Notes: generated by a model from the letters alone, not told the origin. A stretch of 64,000 bases of DNA from the human T2T-CHM13v2.0 reference genome, Homo sapiens (GCF_009914755.1 NC_060934.1), one strand, 5' to 3'. Positions 1 to 15,212 are shown, counted from the stretch's first letter. Program-made: numbers and translations.

Positions 1-379
1 GACCTCAGGATGCATCCTCTTGAAAGCACAGAGACCTGGGACAGAAATGAAAGCAGGGTGGACTCAGGGTCGGAGAGGTGGGAACACCTCAGTGGCCATT
101 TTTGTGCCTGGCTTCCATGAAGATGCAAGTGGATTTCCAAACTCCAGAAAACGAGTGGTACCTTGTAAGCCATCACTCTCCTCCTTCATGAATCAAGCCA
201 ACTCCCACTTCTATCTCTCCAAGTGTTCTTGAGCCTCAGGGCACCAGGGGGAGGTTCAAATGGCTGCTGCTCGGGCAGACTGCAAGGTGTCCCCTCTTTC
301 GGCCTCAAGCCAGACAGATGTCAGCTGAAGTGGATGAAAGGTGGCTGGTGTCATGGTTAGGAATATGTGTGAAGTCCCT

Positions 380-490
380 CAGACCAAGGTCTGAGTCCTG
401 CCTTTACCAATGGTGAGTGTGGACTGTGCACGTTACTTAACCTTGCCAATATCCAAAGTCCTCATCTGTAAAACGGAGATAAAATTAGAA
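380..490 (+). mobile_element. MIR SINE fragment
   Basis: MIR core-like GTTACTTAACCTT...CCTCATCTGTAAAACGGAGATAA; boundaries approximate. Confidence 0.65.
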
Positions 491-1689
491 TGAAACATCT
501 AAAATTATTATTCTTCAACTATTTTAAATGACAAAAGCATCAATGTCATGTATCAGCCTAACTAGTAGCCTCCACCCCATGGACCTGCTGTTGAGAAGAT
601 GAGGAGAGAGGCTGGTGCTGGTATCCATTTGTCCATGCCAAGCCCTTAAGACGCATTAGCCACTGGGGCAGCTGTGCTTATTTTAGTTCCGCTTATTAAT
701 GAAAAATTTATTATAAAATCACCAAGGAGATTTCTTTAAAAACAGATGAAGGAAGATGACATGTCCAGACCAATGAATTGGATTCTCAGTTTTTTTCCAG
801 TTATCGTGCTGTAGGGGAGTGTCCTGTATCAATGAAGAACCTGTTGGGGGTCCATCCTACGTATCAACTAAGAACCAAACATGCTTCTGGGATGCTAAGG
901 TCTCCACCACACTCCAGGCAAGGACTAAGTCTGAAAATTTGGCCTGAACAGAAAATCAAGTACTACTCAATGTGTCTGTCTAGGAACAATAAAATACCAT
1001 ACTAATGGGAGAAGAATATCTAGCAAACGAAGGAAGCAGCAGCATTCTGGCTCCGAGCTGGGATGATCTAAAGAAAACAGGTTGCTCTTTAAAAAAAAAA
1101 AAAACCCAAGGAAAAAAAATAGAAGCTTTTGTTCTGCACTAGAAAAGATAGAGTTCTTTCAACTCAGCAGTCAGTTGCTGTACACCACAAGCATCCTTCT
1201 GTGTAGGAAAATCAATAAAGACAATAAATAAATGGCAATCCCATTGAGGGCTGCTTACTAAGTGATTAAATGTTTCAAACCCCAAATACTTGCATGCTTC
1301 AGGGATACAAATCTGAATGAACATATGTAAATGGAATTAATGCTCAAATAATTTTCTAGTTACTTAGCACAAATGTGCAATTATTAATACTGCCATAATT
1401 TATGTTTGAATATTTATCCTCGTTTTCCTAAGCATAAAACCTTTAATCTACTTTTCTGACATAATTTGAAAATAGACGTGGGAATCTTTTTAATCACCGT
1501 AGGCTTTTTGTGGAGGGGGAAAGGAGACCAAAGAAAGTCTTTCGGGGACACTTGTTCTAAGGTGAGGCTGGACGATGTCAGATGTCTCTACTTCCCCCCG
1601 AGAAAGGGGAGCATACGGTCTTTCAAAATCTATGATGAAGTTGGTGCTAGGATATCAGATTTAGATTCCACTTTTTGTTACAAGGACCC

Positions 1690-2203
1690 CGTTTTAGGCT
1701 GTTCTTGCACTGCTCTGAAGAAATACCTGAAGCTGGTCATTTATAAGAAAAGAAGTTTCATTAGCTTATGGTTCTGCACCCTGTATAGGAAGCATAGTGG
1801 CATCTGCTTCTGAGGAGGCCTCAGGAGGCTTCCAATCATGGAAGAAGGCAAAAGGGAAATAGATACATCACATAGCGAGAACAGGAGCAAGAGAGAAAGA
1901 GTAGGGGCAGAGGTGCCACACAGTTTTGAATGACCCGGTTTCATGAGAACTTACTCACTATGATGAAAACATCACCAAGGGGAAGGGGCTAAACCATTCA
2001 TGATAAATCTGTCCCTAAGATTTAGTCACCTCCCACCAGGCCTCATCTCCAACATTGGGGATTATGATTTTTTTTTCTTTTTTTAAATATATTTTTTTAA
2101 TTATACTTTAACTTTTAGGGCACATGTGCACATTGTGCAGGTTAGTTACATATGTATACATTAACGTGAGATTTGGGTGGGGACAGATATAAAAACTACC
2201 TCA
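1690..2203 (-). mobile_element. MST-family (MSTA/B-like) MaLR solo LTR, interrupted by a short L1 fragment
   Basis: MST-like motifs (GAAGAAATACCTGA, GAGGCCTCAGGA, GTCACCTCCCACCAGG, GAGATTTGGGTGGGGACA); 5-bp TSD GACCC at 1685-1689 and 2204-2208. Confidence 0.9.
2068..2161 (-). mobile_element. Very short young L1 (L1HS/L1PA2-like) 3' terminus plus poly(A) tail
   Basis: poly(T) followed by ATTATACTTTAAcTTTTAGGGcACATGTGCACATTGTGCAGGTTAGTTACATATGTATACAT, the reverse complement of the young L1 3' end. Confidence 0.9.
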
Positions 2204-2710
2204 GACCCTGACTGTACAAATAAGCATTTTTACGGCTTTTTTTTTTTTAATATATAAGAAAAGTCCTTTGAGTTATGCTGAGGGGCCTGGGGGAGCACAG
2301 AGCACAGAAATGACCAGAATCTTTCCACACATTAGCACTGAGGAGAAGGTCTGCCCCTGAGCCCAGATGTTGTTTTCTGTTAGCTCTGGAACTCCCTTGG
2401 TGCACACAGGGTGGACGCTCAGGGCTACCTTCTCCCTGCACCCTGCCTGGCTCCAGCAGGAGTTCATGTCCAGTTCGTCACTATGGGCTGTAACTACATC
2501 ACCTTGGCTTGAAATTATTGTCTTTTAGATGCTTCCCAAGTGTTTTCTAAACTTTGATACAGCAAAGAAATGCCTTCATGTCCGATGTCTTCACCTCTGC
2601 TCCCTTCCCCTCCCTGCCAAGCACATGGAAGGGAAGCAAAGCAGTTGCTCTGAAACGTCGTGAAGATGGGAAATAGCCTCTTCCACCTGCATCCCTCTAG
2701 CAAGAAAGGA

Positions 2711-2806
2711 GGCTTGGGTTTGAATTCCAGCTCTGTCCTCACTCATTAGTGACCCTGGAGAAAGTTCTTCTCTTTGAATCTCAGTTTTATCATCTGTTAA
2801 AGAGGA
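2711..2806 (+). mobile_element. MIR fragment
   Basis: GGGTTTGAATTCCAGCTCTG...TCTCAGTTTTATCATCTGT MIR core. Confidence 0.7.
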
Positions 2807-2940
2807 GAGAAGAAAGGTGGGGGGAATGGAAGTACAGAATGGGGGAGGGAGAGGAGGAAAGAAGAAGGAAAGGAGGGAAAGTTGGAAGAAAGGAGAGGGG
2901 GGAAGTGGAGTGGGGATGGGAAGGAGGGAGGAGGAAGAGT
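2802..2940. repeat. GA-rich low-complexity tract
   Basis: Almost pure purine tract on the + strand. Confidence 0.85.
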
Positions 2941-3963
2941 CACCTGGGTAGTCTCCAAAGGTTCCTTCCAAACTTGAGATTCTATGTCTGGGAAATTCCC
3001 TGATCCTTCAATCCTCATTTGCTAAGCCTTCTAACTTCTCAGAGGCCCTGCCAGCCTCCTCCCACCCACTCACTGGCTGCATCAGGATCACAGTCATTCT
3101 GTCCCAGAAAGCCTAATAAGTTAGAATTCGAATGCAGAATTTTCACTGTCTATGAGCCTCCAAAGTCCCTGGGACCTGGGAATTGGAGGAGGAGAGCTGG
3201 GTTTGAGAAACAATGGCTTAAGTGTATTTCTGTGTCCAGTGAAAATTAAACAATATGGCATCAGGAAATGTAGACATTGATTTTAATAATGGATAATGGA
3301 GATCCAAGCAGGAATAGAAATACTATTTAAAGTTCATTCGGTTACAAAAAGTAAATAACACAGTCACCTATGTTAAACTCTTATTCATATGTCACTGTCA
3401 TGCGGAATCATGATATCCTGAAATATATGCTCAATTGTTTAAAATTTTGAAAAATGTATTTCTTATTTATATTGAATTAGGCATGTCATTCACTTCAGTA
3501 AAGAAAAAAAAAAACAAAGTTTAAAAGCATATACAATGAAGTCTTCCTCTTACCGTATCCCTCAGCCATCCAGTCCTCTCCAGAGGTAAACAATGTCACC
3601 AGCAAACATTGTGTCCTTGTTTATAAAAGCAAACATATAGATTCTTCTTCTTACCTTTTACATACGTAATGACCTACCATAAATTGTGTACATTTCATAT
3701 CATTTACAAAAAAAAAAAAAAATCAACTGGTCACATGGGCTTAGCCCTCATAATTGTCTGCTTATTAACTTTAACAAACTTGGGCGTGTTTAGATTACCA
3801 CTGATGCATTATTTGCATAATAACCACATATACAGAGCTCCCAACATGCCAAGCATTGTTCTAAAATCTTTATAAGTATTAACTTGCTTGATGCTCTTCT
3901 ACCCCACAATCTGACCAATGGATCTATTAAAGGTATCTGAAACGAAGACTCAGTTTATCTAAA

Positions 3964-4470
3964 CTGGTAGTTCTCAAGGAGAGCTGTGCCACCCCAGGGG
4001 GCATCTTGTAAATTTGCAATGGTATTTTCTGGTTGTTACAGTGATTGGTGGACACCATTGTCAGTTAGTGAACAGGTCTGGGAATAGATGGGACAGTCCC
4101 ACATGGGAAAGCATTATCCTGTCTTCAGCACAGCTTTTAAATGTCCTGTTGCACATTCAGGTAGGTAAAAAATCCACTTGTGGTGATCCAATCCCAGTAC
4201 CTAATGCTGGTCAATATCTAAGCACAAATATTCCTTGCGTGGTTTTCATATACACCACTGACATTTTCAGGAAGCAACAATGATGTAAATTGAGGGCAGA
4301 TGTATTTTGTTTCACTGGGCACTTTCTCACAAGTTCTTCACCATTTCAGAATATCATGTTGCTAACAGCAATTCTTCCTGTGGGATGTGAATCATCAAGG
4401 CAACCAACACACCTGCATCAGAGCCAACCATGTCCCTGCTGACTCATTGGTCTACATCAACAAGAAGCGT
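3964..4470 (+). mobile_element. MER20B-like hAT-Charlie DNA transposon remnant
   Basis: GTTCTCAAG...CCCCAGGGGGC...GGGACAGTCCCAC...CATTCAGGTAGGTAAAAA...TTCACCATTTCAGAA...CAACACACCTGCATCAG, colinear with the recalled MER20B consensus. Confidence 0.75.
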
Positions 4471-7400
4471 GGGTTCACGTTTTTTTCTCTACCCAGGATT
4501 TGGAAACAAGAGACTTAGAGGTGAGTGTCAGGATATGCTTTCAAACACCAGGAACACTCTTTCCATTCAACAGACCATGACCAATATCCAAAATAAGAAT
4601 CACCCAAGAACTGCAGGATGTGCGTGGCTGTCACCTGAGGATGCACAGTGTATCTTGCATTTTTCCTGTGAATGCCTCACCTCCCCTTTCTGGGCAAGTG
4701 GGAGCCTGGGACTTGATCTAGGTAGGACTTGTAGATGTGGGAGGGGCAGGGCTTCTATAATCTATATCCTGGCAGAGGTTGGCCTAGGGAGAAAGAAAGA
4801 GCCCAGATGTCCAGAGCAGGCCAATGGGAAGAATGGAAGAAGAAGGAACAAGACCGTAGACTCAGGAAGCAGAGCCAGGAAAGATTCCTAGAGAAAGTGA
4901 AGGCAGAGAGACCTCTGTGATAACCTGCAGGGGAGCCAAGGAATAAGAAGAAGCTTAAAGGATCCTGCGTCTCCCTCCTGGAACCAGCCTACGGTAACAA
5001 CCAACCGAAAGGAAGGCAGATGGCCATTTGCAGTAACTCCCAAAGCCAGGGTTAAAGACTTCACAATCTGGTTTTGCAGACATGATGATGATTCAATTAT
5101 CCTCCTCTACTTGGGCCACACTACTGCTTAAATTTGATAAGGCAATGAAGACCAAGGAAATGAACTTTTAACCTAAAAAGACTTAGATGGAATGTTAATT
5201 AACTCTCTAGGGATTTAAGACTGATAAGTGTAACCTGAAAACAGTGGATTAGTTTCCTTTGGTGTAAGACTGAAGATGAAGTTAGCTTCCCCTTTTCCTG
5301 TTGGTGGGAAGGACAGGAGGTGGAGAGAACCTATGGAATGGGGAAGGCTTGCGGGCCAGCAGCATTTAAGGCACAACGGCACCCTGGCTCTCCACCTGAA
5401 GGATGTCTTCTTACCCGGTGAGTCCCAGCTTAAATGACAGCATCATCGGAAATACTTACATTCTCAAGGAAATTTACTAAAACAGAATGCCCATGAAACT
5501 TAAGATAGACAGTCAGATGATAAAACTTAAGAATAACACAAAAAGGGGGATGGGAAATTAAGGAAAGAAATTGAGGGCAAAATAAACCCCAAGGCAGAAA
5601 TAATCAACCCATTATTAGCAATAAGAAAAACAATTGGCTTTGCAGAAAACTGAGTCAGAGACATAAGGAAGAGATTTGTGAAAGTTGAACAGAATGCAAA
5701 AGGAAACAAGAATAGTGACAGGTAAGGAGGGCACGCCACAGAGATCAATATACAAACACCAACGTCCTGGAACAGAGAACACACCAAAAGGTGCAGAAAG
5801 GCAGATTTAAAGGATAATGGGAAAAACTCTCCTGAGGTGAGAAAATGGAATCTTCCCATCAAACAGACTCACCAAATTCAATGAAATCATGATCAGCAAT
5901 AGGAAGACATATCTTGGGGAATCTACTGAACTTCAGAAATAAAGAAAGCTGCACTAATTGAAGACAGGACAAGTCTCTTCAAAAGGTAAAAATTAAGCTC
6001 AGCTCAACCATATTTAATGTCAACAGATATTTATAGATTTGGGGAAACAGATAAGTGGCCCAAGAATTTTGCTATGCAGTTGAATTAGCATTCATACATA
6101 ATAACAACACAAAGACATTCGCAAATGTGCAAGGACTAAAGAGAGATATTGTCCTTCTATGTGAATCAGCACATCTGCTAAATAAACTCTGATGAACTCA
6201 AAGAAGAGGTAGACTAGGAACACCAGTGTCTAAAAGGATTTGAGGTAAATATCAAATCCACATCAATAAAGCTAACTAATTGTGGTGATTATATTATTAA
6301 CAGAATGTAAGTTTATGCATGCAAAAAATAAAACATTTTACAGGAAACATTAAAAATATCTATAAAACTTGCTATTATAAAGTGAACATAAATGTTTTAT
6401 ATAAAAATTAAAATATAATAAGAAAAGACTGGGATAAAAGATAAATACTAAATAAAACTATCAAAAAATACCAATTAAACTTAGGAAGAAAGAGAGGGAA
6501 CCAAGAAAAATAAATGCAAGAGTCCTAATTTCCTCACACTGTTCCATATCCTAAATTCATAAAAGGAGAGAGAGTTAAGCCTATTGTTTAAAGTTGTAAA
6601 GGTAGCCATTAGTTAGAAATTAAAACAGATTAAATATATTCCATATGCCCCCAGGACAATAAACAATCAAAAACATATAGTGAGAGAAACAACACAAAGG
6701 AAAAACCAAGGAAGCAAAAACCCCCGAAAACATTAAATAAGATTAAAACATTGAAATGAAACACAGCTATTATAAAAATAAATGCAAATGTGATAAAAGT
6801 TAAGTTCCATTTTTAAAAAAAGAATTTACATTTGGGATCTGTAACTAAATCTAGCTATATGCTGTAAAAGACAAACTTAGAAAGTAAAAGGATGGCCAAA
6901 GCTACACCAGGCAGCAAATGGAAAGTAGTAGGGTTTATAAAGCAGTATTAATATTAGAGTTGAATTTAAGGAGAAAAGTATGATAATGCTGAGGTATAAA
7001 ACTCACTGTGAAAATGCATGTTTGCTTGATCTTCATACGCCGAACAATATAACATCAAAATAGATAAAGTGAAAATTGCAGGAAATAAAAAGATAAACTG
7101 TTTGAAACAAGACAGTAATGGGAGAATTTAGCATATCTTTTTTAGTCACTACTGGCCTCTATAGACTAAAAATAAGTAAGTAAAGAGAGGAAAACAAAAC
7201 CAAAAACAAAAAACCTCACAGGATTCGACTAACATAATTAACAACAATTTCTTTTCACGTGTTCATGTGTTTTGTAGAAGTTGAGTAATAAACAAAACTA
7301 GTAAATTCTAAGAAAACATAAATGGTTCAGATTTTCTGACTACAGTACAATAAAATCAAAGCTAATAACAAAGGAGGAAAAAACCCTCCCCTAACTAATA

Positions 7401-7899
7401 AATGTGCAAGCATCTTCTAAACTACTCTCAGGCCAAAGAATTCAAAACCACAGATAAAGATAATGACAACAAAAACAACACGTATCAGATACTAAAGCTG
7501 TACTCAGAGGAAAACACAGTTTTAAATTCTTTCACTACGAATCATTAGAGAGTGAAACTAAATGAATTAGGCACCCAAATCAAGTATATAGAAAAATATC
7601 AAATAAACACAAACAGCAAAAGTAAGGAATGAATAAAGATATATGCAGATAAAAATAAATTAGCAAACAAAAATGCCAGAATAAAACCAAGAGCAGTTCT
7701 TTAAGAGAAAAGAAAAAAAAAACCCACAGTAAAATAAACTACTTGCTAGACGAATCAAGAAAAACGCGAGAAAGCACAAAAATGCAACACTAAAAGTGAG
7801 AATAGAAAAATAACCATAGATACAATGGGAGCTAAAGGAACTCAAAACAATATTTTGTACAACTGTAGCTAATACATTTGAAAATGTAGATGAAAGGCA

Positions 7900-8208
7900 G
7901 GCTGTATAAGCCTGGTTTTCCAGCGTCCCTTGCTAAGGAGACATCTGCAGAGGTAAGGAGTTGGCTTTTGGGGAAATGCCTGCATTCCTGAAAAACAACC
8001 ACCACCCCACTCTCAGGGTGCTGCAGGCTTCTTGCAATCAAGAGGGAAAAGCCAGCCCACTCCGATAAATGACACGGCTGAGCCATGGACGGAACCATAA
8101 CACACTTCTACCCGGTATTCTTGTGGTTGGAAAGAAGAAAACTTTTTGTTTGAATCTCTATGACCCAAGTTTTCTGTTATTGCAACAAAATACATTTCTA
8201 ACTGGAGG
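7900..8208 (+). mobile_element. ERVL LTR16-like fragment nested in L1
   Basis: GC-richer island ending in TTTTCTGTTATTGCAACAAAATACATTTCTAACTG, resembling LTR16/33 3' ends. Confidence 0.45.
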
Positions 8209-8736
8209 TGTACCTTGTTACCACAATGAAGCCAGTACCCTGCATTCATTTCAAAAATGTCTCTCTGGCTAGTTTCATCTCTCATTTGCTGGAAATGTGG
8301 GGCAATGCAACCCAACAATAGAACCAAAGGAGAAACAGAAAAAGGAGAAGGCAGATTACTGTTATTTAACATATTGTGACTGATAATCAGAGCACCCAAA
8401 TGAATTAACTGAAAACTCGTATTAAAAAATATAACTTAAGGTGGCTGGCTACATAATTAATATTCAAAAATAAATAGATTTACTATATAAAATAATCACT
8501 AATTAGAATATATAGTAGAAGAAAAGATCCTGCTTATAGCAGCCACAAATTGATAAAATAACTAAGAACATATTTGGAAAAACAGGACTCAAACCTGTAA
8601 AAATTTACTTATTCTTAAAAGGCAATGCTTAATGAGTTCTCACCATATGAATTATAAATTCAATAAATCTTAACAAAAAGAAAGCTAGTGGAAATATTAA
8701 GTAAACCAAGATGAAAATAATGAAGAATAATATTAA

Positions 8737-9053
<317 letters not shown>

Positions 9054-11345
9054 TTGGTCTTCTTAGAGAAGCAATCTACTAAGAAGATAAAATAGTTATG
9101 TTTTTATGTCTAAAATTGTGCAATACAAAAACTGTTAGAAAAGTCAAAGCAATACTAACAAAATAAATAGTGAGACAATTTAATACAACTCTCTCAGAAA
9201 CTGACCAATAAATGAAGACACAAAGAATTTGAATAACACAATAAACAATTCTAACTTAATAGATATATGCAGAAGTGTATGGCCAAAAAACAGAAAACAG
9301 GCATTCTATTCAAAACCACAAAACCTTTCAAAATGTTTATGTCACAAAGAAATCTCAGTTTCTAAAGGTAAAAACCATAAATGTCACTTTCTCTGACTGT
9401 AATTCAATTAAACCAGAAATGAATGACTCTAAAACCTTGAACATTAAAAAATTCTCCTCTAGATAACACTCAAGTTAAAAATAAAGTACAAATTAAATTA
9501 TAGAACATTTAGAAATTGAAAAAATCAAAGTAGAACAAATCAAAGTTCTTGGGTTACGGCCAAAATAGTATTTTAATAGAGGAAAATTTATTTCCTTAAG
9601 CTCATTTTTTAGAAAACAAAGAAGACTAAAATTAAATGACTAAGCATTTAACTCTAGAAGTTAGAAAAAGAAAGAACAATAACATCAAATAGAAGGCAAA
9701 TTCATTTATATCTCATCTCAAGAATAAAATTAGAAATTACTGACATAGCAAAAAGGTAAACTTGATAGATAAAATCAATAGTTGGTTTTTCAAAATAGCT
9801 GATGAAATAGACCCAATCTCTTGGCAGTTCTAACCAAGGAGAAAATGGAGAAAACACACTTAATAGAAAATAAATATAAAATATAGGCAAAGTCATTAAA
9901 AAACCATACAAGGAGAATAATTACACACTTTCTTCTAAGGAGATGTTTTAAGTCTTATTAATTTTACAAGATTTTTAGTAAATCTTGTAAATTTTATTAA
10001 AAGAAATTTAACGTACTATAAGAGGACTGTATTGTGGCAGTGGTCCTTGCCTGCACGTGAGTGAGCTTGACTTTGCTTAGAAGCTCTCTTCATTCCACTG
10101 TCACCTCAACAAAGATTTTTACACTGGTAGCAAGACAAGCAGTTGAAATTTTTACTTAAATTTAGACCCGCTGCGCTTACGTAAAATATCTTCAAAACTG
10201 AGCGTAACATAAGGAAACATTGAAGGGAGTGGTGCCGTGTGTTCAGAGCTAGCTCAGAAGCCCAAGAAGCTGAGGTCTTCTGCCTCACTGCAGAGACTGG
10301 AAGAGACACCTCGGGGTGGGAGAAAGGAACCCATCTTTGGTTGTTTCCTGGAAGAGTTCACTGAATTGCTGGAAAATTTTAGCTATGAAAATAACATAGT
10401 TGACAAAGCCGAGGGCAGTAAATTGTTTTAAAAGAGAACTGGAAAAGAACACCCCAGGAACAACAAACGCACCAAGCACCCAGATCTTGTTTGTTAATCT
10501 CATCCTGCAATGAAAGGAACCAACTCTTCTTGGAGAAATGACTGATTCTAGGACTGCGGCAAGAGACGCACAAAATGAGCCTGGAGCTTCTTTTAGGGAC
10601 AGAAAGTAAACAAGTGCTCAAAAACAAACAAACACACAGAAACCCCCCCACAATGACGGCGGCTGTCAGAGGGACCCAGGAACCAAGCGAAAGAGCTCCC
10701 AAGGGTGGAAAATGGAGCAATATGAGCAATAAAATAAAGTAGTATTGGAAATATAAAATAAATATCTATGAGTCCATGCTGATAATGAATAGATTAGAGT
10801 AGATTAATAAATGGAGGAGTATAGACAGATCTCCTTGCAGAATATTTCCAAATAATTTATGTGGATACTCTAGTCTCAAACAGGAGACGCATAACTCTCC
10901 ATTCCTTAGGTGTTGGCTAAAAATAGTGACTTCCTTCCAAAGTGTGGAGTATGGAAAAGGGGAAAAGAGTAGCTGTACAGCAGGGAAACCTCACAAGCAC
11001 TATCCCAGCCGGGTCAACAGGGCCAGCATGCACGATCATAAATCTTATGCATGACACACTCTTGAGATGATGCGATGAGACTGGCCCTCTACCTCTGTGG
11101 TCTCCCTCCCAAGAACTCATAACCCCAGTCTTATGAAAAAAACCTAAAGATAAATTTCAATACAGCAGCATCCTGCAAAATGCATGACCTCAAAACTGTC
11201 AAGGTCATTCAACAAAAACAAGACAATCTGAGAAACTGCCACAGCCAAGAGGGGCCTAAGGACACACGAAGACCAAATGTGCTGTGGGATCTTGGATGGG
11301 ACCCTGGAGCAGAAAAAGGACATTCAGTAAAAACTAAAAGAATTT

Positions 11346-11985
<640 letters not shown>

Positions 11986-12149
11986 ACTCTGTTCTTTAGC
12001 TAATGATAATGTATCAATATTGGCTCATTAATTACAACAAATGTATTATACTAGTGTAACATATTAATAAGAGAAGAAACTGGAAGCAGGGTATATAGGA
12101 ACTCTCCATTTTTCGGTAAATCTAAACTGTACTGAAAAATAAAGTCTTG

Positions 12150-12460
12150 GGCTGGGCATGGTGGATCACACCTGGTAATCTCAGCACTTTGGGAGGCTGA
12201 GGTGGGCGGATCACTTGAGGTCAGGAGTTCGAGACCAGCCTGGCCAACATGGTGAAACCCTGTCTCTACTAAAAAAATACAAAAATTAGCCAGTGTGGTG
12301 GCTGGTGCCTGTAATCTCAGCTACTCAGGAGGCTGAGACAGGAGAATTGCTTGAACCCAGAAGGCAGAGGTTGCTGTGAGCTGGGATCACGCCACTGTAC
12401 TCCAGCCTGGGCAACAGAGTGAGACTCTGTCTCAAAAAAAAAAAAAAAAAAAAAACAAAA
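12150..12460 (+). mobile_element. AluSx-like
   Basis: Full dimer with poly(A). Confidence 0.97.
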
Positions 12461-13194
12461 ACTTAAAAAAATTCAGTAAGTGGTGGTGGTAGGATGTGGA
12501 CAATGTACCTTGACTCCTTAGCCTGCACTCTCAACAAGTAAATAATTTTCTAGGAAAATAAACATTATCACTATTTTCTCAACTAAAGAAATAACCTAAA
12601 TAGAGCAAGAAGCCTAGATCAATGTAACAGGTAGGTAGAACTGTGTACCCGCATTGCCCTCCCTCCCTGAAAGGTTAACAGTCCCAGATGGCTTAATAAA
12701 CAAGTGTTGCCAAAGGAACCAACAACTGTGACATTTAGGCTTTTCCAGAGAATTTTTTTAAAAAATAAATTTTTCCTAAATCATTCTGTAGAGCTGGTAT
12801 AATCCTGACACCAAAACACGACAAAAAAAAAATAGCACCCACACAAATATAAACCAATGCCATTGGTGAATGTATGTGCAAAATCTGATGTAATAATAAA
12901 TGCTATGCAGGGGAGAAGCTGGGGTAGCTCAGAGTGGGTCAGCAGGGAGGCCTGGGGGCAGCAGCTATTAACCAGCTTGTATGGAACTAGTTCAGTATTT
13001 AACAGCTTTCCCGGTATGTTCTGGCGGTCAGCCCAGCCCTGGTAGAAACCCATTTATATTGTATATCTGTGCACACTTGTGTTTTTAGTCTGTAAATATA
13101 TAGGTCAGGGTCTGGAAGGACATGCACCAAGTTGCTAACAGGGCTGAGAGGATTGAGACCAAAACCGTGGTTGGTAGTAAAGGGAACTTTGGCT

Positions 13195-13525
13195 TTTATG
13201 GTTCAATGTACATTTTTTCAACTTTAAGATAGTGCAAAAGCTATACGAATTCAGTAGATAGAAACTGTACTTCAAGTACCCATACAACTTTTCTGTTTTT
13301 CACTTTCACTGCAGTATTTGATAAATTACATGAGACATGCAACTCTTCATTATAAAACAGGCTTTGTGTTAGACGATTTTGCCCAACTGTAGGCTAATAT
13401 AAGTGTTCTGAGCATGCTTAAGCTAGGCTAGGCTAAGCTATGATGTTTGTAAGAGTATTAAATGTATTTTTAACTTACGATGGGTTTATTGGAACAAAAT
13501 CCCATTGTAAGTCAAGAAGCATCTG
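13195..13525 (-). mobile_element. MER47A-like (TcMar-Tigger) MITE
   Basis: GCTAGGCTAGGCTAAGCTATGATGTT, ACTTACGATGGGTTTAT, terminal GTAAGTCAAGAAGCATCTG followed by TA. Confidence 0.85.
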
Positions 13526-13529
13526 TATA

Positions 13530-14800
13530 TTCACTGCAATAAAATAAAAATTCCCATGAAAAATTATTGACTTGAGATATGATATAATATGATAAAAATG
13601 AGCCAAAAACTCATCTGTGAAAATAAGCACGTGCAAATGGAGAATCAAGAGCTTGGGGAAAAAAACTTGCCCTCACTAATATTAAAATATATTGGAAGTT
13701 TCAGCATTTTAAAAAGTGCCATACTGACTCAGGAATAGGGAGAAATGCCAGTAGGTCAGAATACACTGTTCAGAAAAAGACTCAAGTATATATAGAAATT
13801 TAATGTACGATAACAATGGCATTTTAAATCAATGGGTAAAAGATGGATAACTAAGATGGTTAGCCGTTGGGAAAACATGAAGTTAGATCCCTATCACACT
13901 GTTTACACTGAAATAGATTGTAGATGCTTCAAAGATTTAAATGTAACAATCTAAAACTACGAAAGCACTAGAAGAAGACATGAGTGACTTATGCAATGTT
14001 GGCATAGGGAAGGCTTTTCTGATATAGTGAGAAAGCTAAAAATCACATAAAACTAGATAATGAGGCTCCCTAGAAATGAAAGATGTTTGCACAATAAAAA
14101 AAATGATAAACAAAGTCACAAGATAAAGAATAAGCTGGGGAAAATATTTGTCACACATATAGGATAAAAATTCATGTCCTTTGTAAAAACGAAGAAGATG
14201 TGAAAAATCTCAAGATCAACTTGAATAGGAAGTGACAGAAGGGGCGGTAGGTAAAATTCTTCTAGATTGCCACTGGGCAATGCTTTTTCACATATCAAAC
14301 GTGCACACTCCAGCCTAGACAGTCCAGTTCTAGAAACCTACTCTCTAGAAATATTCACAAAAAGTGTAATATTGGTTACAATTTTTAAAATCTGAAAAAA
14401 TCCAAATGTACATTAATAGGATATTGGTTAACTAAATTGTGGTATGTACATACAATGGAATACTCTGCAACTACTAAAAACAAAAAAAGTAAATCTATGT
14501 GTGTGGACATGGAATTGTTTAAGATAATTACTTAAGTGGAAAAACATTACGAAGCGACATGATCGCATTTTTGTAAAATAATTGGAATATGTATATTTGT
14601 AGAAATTCAGAAAAGGACCTTGAAAGATTATACATCAAATATATATCAATCTGTTATAAGGATGATTTCTGAGAAGTGGAAAAAGAAAGTGGAATTATGA
14701 GAGGTATCTCTATTTTATATCTTACGTTCATATCTAGTTCGAATGTTTTTACAGTTTGCATTACACCATCAAGAAAAATAACAATTAAAGTTCAGAAATA
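13530..14800 (+). mobile_element. L1ME-type ORF2 end and 3' UTR remnant
   Basis: TCAAAGATTTAAATGTAA, TAAATTGTGGTATGTACATACAATGGAATACTCTGCA. Confidence 0.75.
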
Positions 14801-15212
14801 ACAATTGTTAAGGTTATTTTCTCACTTCCATATTCATCATTATTAGCAAAATAAAATTTTCCAGCATAAAAAAAGGCAACCAACTTGACTGATGCACCAG
14901 CTGAACGAGTTCAGGATCATGGGCAATCTCCCTCTTCAGTCCAAGTGTGAGTTCATTCAGAAAGGACTTCCAAACACGGGATTTAGAGAAAAGCCCCAGG
15001 GAAAACCATCGCAAACTCCCCCACAACTTTCTTCCTAGCCCTTCACTCTTCTAACAGGCTGAGGGTGGCCTTAGCCAGGAACAATGAGTGGCGAATAAGT
15101 GGCTTTGGACAGGAAGTTGCCACTCCAATAGGAAACTTGGCAGCCAAACTGAAGCGATGGAAGCTTTGTGAAGTGAAGAAAGCCCACCAGCTGTGGAACA
15201 ATATGGGCTGCT

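Noticed and set aside
4430-4891. 153-aa ORF
   Set aside because: Starts in a MER20B-like remnant, shows no recognisable similarity and has no exon signals I can support.
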